DNA of 6,547 nucleotides from Candidatus Heimdallarchaeota archaeon (GTDB taxonomy: Archaea > Asgardarchaeota > Heimdallarchaeia > Hodarchaeales > Hodarchaeaceae), in the NCBI GenBank assembly GCA_020351745.1, contig CP070665.1, positions 1,118,783 through 1,125,329 of the forward strand, read 5' to 3'. The notes below the pieces were generated by a model that was given only the letters and a program-made list of their open reading frames with translations, ran no database searches and was not told the DNA's origin. Below are positions 1 through 5,365 of this stretch, piece after piece. How positions within the stretch are numbered: the stretch's first letter is position 1; each line of letters starts with the position of its first letter. A program made the position numbers and the translations under genes.

Positions 1-427
1 AATCAGTAAGACACCAGAAACAGATGCATGGGATGCATTAGTTGCATGGGCAAAACCTAGGGGATTTTTCGACAATCCAGGGAAGAGTACCATATTTGGT
101 TATAATAATCCACCTCCATCTGATCATGAGTCACCCCGAGACGAAGAGTATGGTTATGAGGTGTTGATCAATGTTGAACCAGATGTTGAACCTGAAGGTG
201 AGGTTCAAATAAAGGACATTCCTGGTGGTTTATATGCTGTTACTAGAGTTAAAGGAGTGTGGAATATATTTCAAGGTTGGGTTTATCTCGATGAATGGCT
301 ATCATCAACAGAATACGAATTAGATGAAGAGAATGAACCAGGATTAGAGGAATGTATAACGCCATTTGTTCATGAGGATGAAAAGATCTTTGACCTCTAT
401 CTCCCAATCAAAAGTTCTGTTAAGTAG
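1..427 (+). CDS. GyrI-like (AraC-effector-binding/SOUL-type) small-molecule-binding domain protein, C-terminal part; 5' end lies outside the window
   Basis: The frame starting at nt 2 has no stop from the left edge to TAG 425-427, so the GTG at 161 in the ORF track is probably internal. The translation ISKTPETDAWDALVAWAKPRGFF...GYNNPP...EYGYEVLINVE...IKDIPGGLYAVTRVKGVWNIFQGWVYLDEWLSSTEYELD...GLEECITPF...IFDLYLPIK matches the GyrI-like repeat pattern (ipgGkYAv..h.G.y..l..ty..l..Wl..sgy....gp.lE.Y......i.iPi). Confidence 0.6.
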   Translation, partial: ISKTPETDAWDALVAWAKPRGFFDNPGKSTIFGYNNPPPSDHESPRDEEYGYEVLINVEPDVEPEGEVQIKDIPGGLYAVTRVKGVWNIFQGWVYLDEWLSSTEYELDEENEPGLEECITPFVHEDEKIFDLYLPIKSSVK

Positions 428-656
428 GGTAGTATCCTGCATTAAATGTATAACAGAAGTAATCCCTCCTATTCTTAGCTATTTTAACAATTTTTACAAA
501 TGAGATTAATGTTGATCACTATCGCCTGTTTTAAAAAGCTATTAATAAGTGAAAGTTTTTTTCACTGAACGGGTTAGCTATTAAACGCGTTATTAAATTG
601 TAGGATCACGAAGCGTTCATCTATAAGAAAACAACAAATGGAAATGTAGATCAGCG

Positions 657-1184
657 ATGAGTGAATTTGGACTTCAGGATGAATTTTCTCTAAGAATATC
701 GGTTCTAAGTCACCCTGACGGTTATGCTAGTCAATTGATCAAAAGTTTGGTAGAGAAATATTCCAATCAGTCCACACATGAGAACATATCAGTCATTTCT
801 GCAAATATCTCCACAATAAAGTTGTTTATATTGAATAACCCAGTCAAAATCATTCTAATTCAACCAGTGAGTCAATTATTCACAAATAAATTACATACAC
901 GTTTTTACAAATCATTAGCAGCCCTGATTTTGTTTTCTGATCATGATTCCGAGGTAGCTGCCAAAGTTTTTTATCAAATCTATAGAAAAACAGTTGGAAC
1001 AACGAATCCTGTAGCTTTTGTGGAAATTATTAATGATTCTGATCAAAAGCTCTTAATTGATGACCCAGAAATATTGGAAAAAGCACCCCATGAAGCATAT
1101 TACAGCCTCAAGGGCAACGATGTGAACTCTTTTCAAAGGATTTTAGAATCTCTTGTTAATCAATGTTACAAAAAGGAGCATTGA
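657..1184 (+). CDS. Ras-superfamily small-GTPase-like protein with degenerate G1/G3/G4 motifs (candidate pseudoGTPase); otherwise hypothetical
   Basis: ATG-to-TGA ORF of 175 aa, the length of a G-domain. Hand alignment to Ras/Rab: LRISVLSHPDGYAS vs kivvvGdsgvGKS (G1); VKIILIQPVSQLF vs vkLqiWDTAGQErf (G3); FYKSLAALILFSD vs yyrgahgiilVyD; AFVEIINDSD vs illvGNKxDl (G4); YYSLKGNDVNSFQRIL vs feTSAKtgeNVeeaF (G5). Spacing of the motif equivalents (residues 18, 69, 126, 150) is close to Ras (10, 57, 116, 145). No search was run. Confidence 0.45.
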   Translation: MSEFGLQDEFSLRISVLSHPDGYASQLIKSLVEKYSNQSTHENISVISANISTIKLFILNNPVKIILIQPVSQLFTNKLHTRFYKSLAALILFSDHDSEVAAKVFYQIYRKTVGTTNPVAFVEIINDSDQKLLIDDPEILEKAPHEAYYSLKGNDVNSFQRILESLVNQCYKKEH

Positions 1185-1221
1185 ATAAATAAACTTAATT
1201 GAAGTTACATGGTGTTTTAAG

Positions 1222-2025
1222 GTGAATAATTCAAAAAATTCTTCTGATTCAAAATCTACTGTGTTATTTCAGACTGAGAATCAAATTGCAACAATAACAA
1301 TCAATCGGCCTGAAAAAAGAAATGCCTTACGTATGAAAGAATTTGATGCGATAATTAAATACATTAAAGAAGCAGATAACGATTCCAATGTCCATGTAAT
1401 TCGAATATGTTCTTCAGGAAGTAAAGCTTTCTCTGCAGGGTTAGATTTGAATATGTTACAGCAATTAACTCCTGAAAAAGCTCCCAAACTTGTCCAGTAT
1501 GGTAATGATTTAACAAGAACTATCTTGAAAGCGAAAAAACCAGTCGTCAATCAAGTGCAAGGGCCCGCTGTAGCATGGGGTACGATCTTATGTCTGGCAG
1601 CTGATTTTGTCATTGCAGGGGAAAACCCTAGGACTTTCTTTTCATTACCTGAGATTGATATCAACCTTTTTCCAGCAACAGGGGCTTTAACAATGGCATT
1701 GTTTAAGATTGGTTATAAACATGCCAAAAAAATTTTGATGATCCCTGAAAAATTGTTTTTGGATCAAGCTAAAGAGATTGGGCTGGTTACCATTACCTGT
1801 CCACTAGAGGCTCTAGAACAGACGACAATCGAATTCTGTCAGAATTTATCAAATAAACCTCAAGGAATCCTAATACCGATTAAGATATTATTGAACAACT
1901 TTCTCCTGAGGGATTTAGAATCCTACTTTGAAATAGAAAACGAAGCGCTCGAATTGGCAATGACTGGTGATCTAGAGAAATTTGATGACTTTATCACAAA
2001 ACTTTGGCATCCTAGACAAGGATGA
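1222..2025 (+). CDS. enoyl-CoA hydratase/isomerase (crotonase) superfamily protein
   Basis: 267-aa ORF with a GTG start and GGTG at 1211-1214, 7 nt upstream. Crotonase hallmarks: IATITINRPEKRNAL, AFSAGLDL (oxyanion-hole segment), KPVVNQVQGPAVAWGTILCLAADFVIAG, FSLPEIDINLFPATGA. It lies 37 nt downstream of the previous gene on the same strand, so an operon is likely. Confidence 0.85.
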   Translation: MNNSKNSSDSKSTVLFQTENQIATITINRPEKRNALRMKEFDAIIKYIKEADNDSNVHVIRICSSGSKAFSAGLDLNMLQQLTPEKAPKLVQYGNDLTRTILKAKKPVVNQVQGPAVAWGTILCLAADFVIAGENPRTFFSLPEIDINLFPATGALTMALFKIGYKHAKKILMIPEKLFLDQAKEIGLVTITCPLEALEQTTIEFCQNLSNKPQGILIPIKILLNNFLLRDLESYFEIENEALELAMTGDLEKFDDFITKLWHPRQG

Positions 2026-2042
2026 GAGGAGTCTTTTCGGTA

Positions 2043-2531
2043 CTATCTGAAGACAAAATCAATTGTTTGTTTATGGAAAAGAATAAACAATGCAAATACC
2101 CCCCAAACCATAACAACTGTAATAGGTGAGGGAATAGCTGCAATAAGAAGCCAAGAGTTGAGGCTGTAATCAATTATTAACATAATAAGTCGATAAAATA
2201 TGTACAAACAGCCAATCACACCACTAAAATACAGCCCTACAAGTATTAACCAACCCAAGCGACTCCTTTTATAGGTTAGAAAACCCCCAATTAATCCTAC
2301 TGTTCCCAAAAAAGTAGCAATCACCCCAAAAAATCGCATAGTATATCTTATACTAAGTTCATTGTATTCCCTTGTATCATGTTCCAACCCTTCCATTGAG
2401 GGCAAATCTAAATTGAATAGTAATAAAGGTAAGCCCAATAGAAGTCCTAAAACTGCCAAAGAAAGGGTTCCGATAGTCATAACTTTCAGTTTTGAGGGTA
2501 AAACATGGTTCATTGTGGTTTGATTAATCAT
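2043..2531 (-). CDS. hypothetical integral membrane protein (about 4 TM helices)
   Basis: 162-aa ORF with four hydrophobic stretches: IGTLSLAVLGLLLGLPLLLF, FFGVIATFLGTVGLIGGFL, LGWLILVGLYFSGVIGCLYIFY, LLIAAIPSPITVVMVWGVFALFILF. Basic residues sit in the short loops (YKRSR). I recognise no family motif. The stop is 17 nt from the convergent crotonase stop. Confidence 0.6.
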   Translation of the reverse strand: MINQTTMNHVLPSKLKVMTIGTLSLAVLGLLLGLPLLLFNLDLPSMEGLEHDTREYNELSIRYTMRFFGVIATFLGTVGLIGGFLTYKRSRLGWLILVGLYFSGVIGCLYIFYRLIMLIIDYSLNSWLLIAAIPSPITVVMVWGVFALFILFHKQTIDFVFR

Positions 2532-2706
2532 AGAATCTCAACTTTGAAATTAGTTAGAAATAATTACCATATAAGACTATCGACACATGAACTAATCTCA
2601 AATTCGTCATGAAAAGTCGTTAGTGTAAAATTACCTCTTCATTTTTCTTCACAAAGTTGGGTGATTAAATGGGAGTTAGGGATTCTAATAATGACCCAAT
2701 TATTGG

Positions 2707-3039
2707 ATGAAGAATCGAATGACAGAAAAGTTAATATCAGCTAAAGTCTCGAAACGACCTTATCACGAGTGTCTATTTCTGATTACATCCTACGATGACA
2801 CATTGGCAAACTGTCTCACCCTGAAACTTTGGAATGAACCATGTCCACCCCGTTGTCCATATTATAAAGCGGGGCTTCCTGGCAGTCTGGAACAGCTTGC
2901 GCGGCATTATTTAATCGATTGTCGAAAGTTCAGTCGAAAAAAGACCACCACAGGGCAAGCGATCGCCTATTGTAAGCTTCATCTGATGCGGGAACCACTC
3001 TGTCGGCAATGTAACTACCCACATCAGTCTGGATTATAG
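2707..3039 (+). CDS. small cysteine/histidine-rich protein, putative metal-binding (family not recognised)
   Basis: 110-aa ORF with 8 Cys (residues 22, 36, 46, 50, 72, 89, 99, 102) and 4 His, including CPPRC and CRQC pairs. It is the only long ORF in any frame here. The 3' two-thirds is locally GC-rich (see findings). The start is uncertain, with a second in-frame ATG at 2719. Confidence 0.5.
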   Translation: MKNRMTEKLISAKVSKRPYHECLFLITSYDDTLANCLTLKLWNEPCPPRCPYYKAGLPGSLEQLARHYLIDCRKFSRKKTTTGQAIAYCKLHLMREPLCRQCNYPHQSGL

Positions 3040-3236
3040 AAATATCTTTTATTTGATGTATTGACTACAACTCTTGTCATAAAATAGAAGTCAGGACTCT
3101 ATACTGAGTTAAAAAAACGAAATTGCCAAGTGGTTCAAACAGATCACTAAAAACAGCAGTTTCTTCATGGTATGATCCATTATAGGTTAGCTATACTGTA
3201 AGCATATTAATAGTTCGACATTGCATATTGGATTCT

Positions 3237-3389
3237 ATGGAACTATTTGATTCCTTTGATCAAATCTTTTTCATTGCAGCAATTTTCTTATCTATGTTCT
3301 TATCTGTCGCCTTAGCGAAAGTATCATGGCGTATTTTTGAACTAGTAGAGACTCGAACTCAGAAAAAGAAACTGGTGTATTCTCTCTAA
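3237..3389 (+). CDS. small single-TM membrane protein (50 aa), or the N-terminal fragment of a TAA-interrupted gene continuing to 3995
   Basis: Below the ORF-track cutoff; translated by hand as MELFDSFDQIFFIAAIFLSMFLSVALAKVSWRIFELVETRTQKKKLVYSL*. It has one clear TM helix followed by a basic loop. An AT-rich TATA-like element (catattaata, 3204-3212) lies about 28-30 nt upstream of the ATG. It is in the same frame as the 3606..3995 ORF. Confidence 0.4.
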   Translation: MELFDSFDQIFFIAAIFLSMFLSVALAKVSWRIFELVETRTQKKKLVYSL

Positions 3390-3605
3390 ATAATTACACA
3401 GGGGATAATTTATGCTAGTCTCTTATTAATTGGAGCATTTGAGGCAATCAGTCCTAACCTAGAATATCATAATTCAATTCTCACCACGCAAACATTAACT
3501 GGAACCTCAGAAACAGTATCATTCGAATTATTAAAGGGTCATTATTATGAAATCAAAATTCAAATCGGAATCAGACCTTCTAGTACCTCCGCCAGTAGTA
3601 GCTCT

Positions 3606-3995
3606 ATGACGGGGACAATTACGATTTTAACCACAGATGACGAGTTATTGGACTTTACAAATTTTCACGATGTAGGGAGTCGTGGAAGGGGGGATGAAAA
3701 CCCTTCTTGGGCTCGCATGGATTATACATGGCTGAGTGACGTTTTAACCTCTGATGTGACGATTCAAGCAAAAATAGAGATCACAGAAGTTACAGATGAT
3801 CTTAAATCCACGGTAATAGAAGTACGCATTGATCCCCCCAGAGACAAAGCTGAAAGAACACTTATTGGTACACTAATCTTTTGTACTGCTTTTTGGATCC
3901 CTGCATTGGTAATCATTTTAATCATTACTATTTTTGTGCTTACTGGGGATTTTCCCTCTCCGTGGTTATTCCAAAAGAAGGATGAAGTACGATAA
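3606..3995 (+). CDS. hypothetical protein with a Ser/Thr-rich beta-type domain and a C-terminal TM anchor; the true 5' end may lie upstream (frame open back to 3390)
   Basis: 129-aa ORF. The C-terminal hydrophobic segment LIGTLIFCTAFWIPALVIILIITIFVLTG is followed by QKKDEVR. It ends in tandem in-frame stops (TAA 3993-3995 and TAA 4005-4007). There is no SD motif before ATG 3606. The 72 codons upstream in the same frame contain no stop and look protein-like (second TM GIIYASLLLIGAFEAI; HYYEIKIQIGIRP). Confidence 0.55.
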   Translation: MTGTITILTTDDELLDFTNFHDVGSRGRGDENPSWARMDYTWLSDVLTSDVTIQAKIEITEVTDDLKSTVIEVRIDPPRDKAERTLIGTLIFCTAFWIPALVIILIITIFVLTGDFPSPWLFQKKDEVR

Positions 3996-4050
3996 TCATT
4001 AGAATAACTGAAACTGGAGAGCTCTATGCTGGGGTTCAAGGAGATTCTTG

Positions 4051-5160
4051 TCATAAAACGGAGGTCATGACTTTTTGCAGCTCATCTCGCATAGCTTCAT
4101 GCATAGCAGTGGAAAACCTAATGAAAACATTGTAATAGAAGATGTTATCCTTAAAAAATTGTGTCAGTCTATCCTTTTCCTTTTTATGTGTCTCCTCAGT
4201 GACAGTTATGTTTTCCAGTTCAGGTAGGAACTTTTTTTGCATCATCATTTGGATTTGAGTATAGTAACCTTGAACCCTACGGAGTTTCCCTACCCCATAT
4301 TCCTCAATGCTTGCAGCGCTTTTGTAGTATTTCTTCCTTTGCCCAGGTTTTTTTGTGATTGTTACAATTTTAAGTTCTTCCATTTTTGATAAAGCTTGAG
4401 AAACTTTCGTTCGGCTGCTTTTAGTCAAAGTTATGAGTTCATCTTGTGTAACTGGTTCATCTTCCAGAAACATCGCCAAGAAAACAGAAATTAACTCATC
4501 TTCTCCTCCTATTAATGCTGAACTTAATTCAAGCATGTTCGAGATGAATTCCCGTTTGATATCCAATAAAGTATCGTCTTCAATTTCTACTTCTAGAGGA
4601 GATAGTTGAAACTGGATGTCCTTTAAGAGATTCGAAAAATCTGGGATATAATCCGAATCTTGTAACATTCGGTCTATAAGGGGCTCAACTTTTGTGAACG
4701 TTTCGTTATAATAATAGATAGCAATATAGAGATACAATAACGTTCTCCGAATATAGGTTATCGCTGAGGTTTGAGGTGAGAGGGCATCGAGACGAGATAG
4801 TAAATTAGGAATAAATGAAAGACTTATCTCTGAAGCAGTCATTATTGCGAGGAAGTTATGTTTGATATATGGTTCTAGAGAAAGGGGACAATAGTAATAC
4901 TTCTTTCTATCACGTGGTTTTTTTGTCTGGAGAATTGGAAATTCGCTAAACATCACTGAAATACGTGATAATGCCTTATTAATTGTAGGTTTACTTAATC
5001 CTGTCAGAACTTCTAGATCATCCGCTGTCAAGTAGTTTTCTAGCATTAGCGCGAATAAAATCCCTGTTATCGTTTCATCGTAAGCCATTACGTTATAAAG
5101 CTGCATCATATACTGGACATAATCGATCTTTATTTGTATAAAAGGATCAGTGTTTTCCAT
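4051..5160 (-). CDS. transcriptional regulator with two tandem GbsR/MarR-like winged helix-turn-helix modules
   Basis: 369-aa ORF with an internal duplication seen by eye. Residues 33-90 are GILFALMLENYLTADDLEVLTGLSKPTINKALSRISVMFSEFPILQTKKPRDRKKYYY. Residues 225-280 are SVFLAMFLEDEPVTQDELITLTKSSRTKVSQALSKMEELKIVTITKKPGQRKKYYK. Both fit the GbsR/COG1510 pattern (lyg.l.l.  ..plt.delae.lg.SkgsvS.al..Le..glvkkv..pG.Rk.yy). It is divergent from the ABC transporter genes. Confidence 0.7.
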   Translation of the reverse strand: MENTDPFIQIKIDYVQYMMQLYNVMAYDETITGILFALMLENYLTADDLEVLTGLSKPTINKALSRISVMFSEFPILQTKKPRDRKKYYYCPLSLEPYIKHNFLAIMTASEISLSFIPNLLSRLDALSPQTSAITYIRRTLLYLYIAIYYYNETFTKVEPLIDRMLQDSDYIPDFSNLLKDIQFQLSPLEVEIEDDTLLDIKREFISNMLELSSALIGGEDELISVFLAMFLEDEPVTQDELITLTKSSRTKVSQALSKMEELKIVTITKKPGQRKKYYKSAASIEEYGVGKLRRVQGYYTQIQMMMQKKFLPELENITVTEETHKKEKDRLTQFFKDNIFYYNVFIRFSTAMHEAMRDELQKVMTSVL

Positions 5161-5194
5161 TTTGGCTAACTCTTCTGTATTAGCAGTTTTTTGA

Positions 5195-5237
5195 TTTTTT
5201 TTAAATTTTTCTAATTTTTCTAATTTTTGTCATTTTC
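5195..5237. repeat. phased T-tracts / degenerate 9-10 bp tandem repeat (TAAATTTTTC TAATTTTTC TAATTTTTG TCATTTTC)
   Basis: Read directly from the sequence. T-runs begin at 5195, 5206, 5215, 5224 and 5233 (spacings 11, 9, 9, 9 nt). The element lies 35-77 nt upstream of the regulator start (5160, minus strand). Confidence 0.6.
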
Positions 5238-5282
5238 ACAACATTTTTAAAGTACATCAATAACAATCTAAACAGAATTAGA

Positions 5283-5313
5283 TTAATAATTGCATAACTG
5301 ACGCAATTAATAA
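5283..5313. promoter_or_regulatory. imperfect inverted repeat (candidate operator) overlapping a TATA-like box upstream of the ABC transporter genes
   Basis: TTAATAATTGC (5283-5293), a 9-nt spacer, then GCAATTAATAA (5303-5313). The arms are complementary at 10 of 11 positions. The right arm runs into ATTAATAAAAATAT (5307-5320), about 45-60 nt upstream of the TTG start at 5366 and about 35-45 nt upstream of the GGAG SD at 5353-5356. Confidence 0.35.
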
Positions 5314-5365
5314 AAATATGAAAAACATATCTAAGAACATGAAAAATCAAACGGAGTAAAAAAAA

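Noticed and set aside
500-568. 22-codon ORF (MRLMLITIACFKKLLISESFFH*) in the 428-656 intergenic region
   Set aside because: There is no SD or promoter context. It is very short in AT-rich DNA and ends inside the hairpin, so it cannot be supported from sequence alone.
1281-1550. 89-aa minus-strand ORF
   Set aside because: It lies wholly inside and antisense to the well-supported crotonase CDS. The product is a low-complexity hydrophobic translation with no motifs, so it is a shadow ORF.
2959-2966. GCGATCGC octamer, identical to the cyanobacterial HIP1 palindrome, inside the GC-rich island
   Set aside because: It occurs only once. An 8-mer in a 47% GC stretch is not evidence of cyanobacterial origin, and nothing else in the window looks cyanobacterial.
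2998-3015. LCRQCN in the Cys-rich ORF resembles the C-terminal LCxxCN of HNH endonucleases
   Set aside because: The preceding His (H92) is only 6 residues upstream. There is no DH/HH...N core with normal HNH spacing, and the protein is too short and differently organised.
3061-3089. TTGACT followed by TAAAAT, a bacterial sigma70-like promoter
   Set aside because: The spacer is about 13 nt rather than 16-18. Such hexamers are frequent in AT-rich DNA, and there is no gene start at a suitable distance.
3132-3140. GGTTCAAAC resembling a tRNA T-loop
   Set aside because: No acceptor, D or anticodon stems can be drawn from the flanking sequence, and the flanks are A-rich and unstructured.
3387-3389. 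Genome-wide reassignment of TAA to a sense codon. The cues were the in-frame TAA inside the 3237-3995 frame, a second TAA (5357-5359) in frame between an upstream ATG (5318) and the ABC ATPase coding sequence, and only 1 of 8 confident genes ending in TAA despite the AT-rich composition.
   Set aside because: The 3606-3995 gene ends with two in-frame TAAs (3993 and 4005), which is typical of genuine termination. The ABC ATPase has a well-placed GGAG SD for its TTG start and a normal-length N-terminus without readthrough. None of the recognisable conserved genes (crotonase, ABC ATPase, regulator) contains an internal TAA. Eight genes are too few to judge stop-codon bias. Codon-reassignment inference (for example Codetta) on the full genome would settle it.
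3764-4054. 96-aa minus-strand ORF
   Set aside because: It is antisense to the 3606-3995 CDS and overlaps the regulator stop. The Ser-rich mirror composition is typical of an antisense shadow ORF.
5195-5237. Possible CRISPR or mini-satellite array
   Set aside because: The units are only 8-10 nt, contiguous with no spacers, and AT-only. This is consistent with phased T-tracts, not a CRISPR array.
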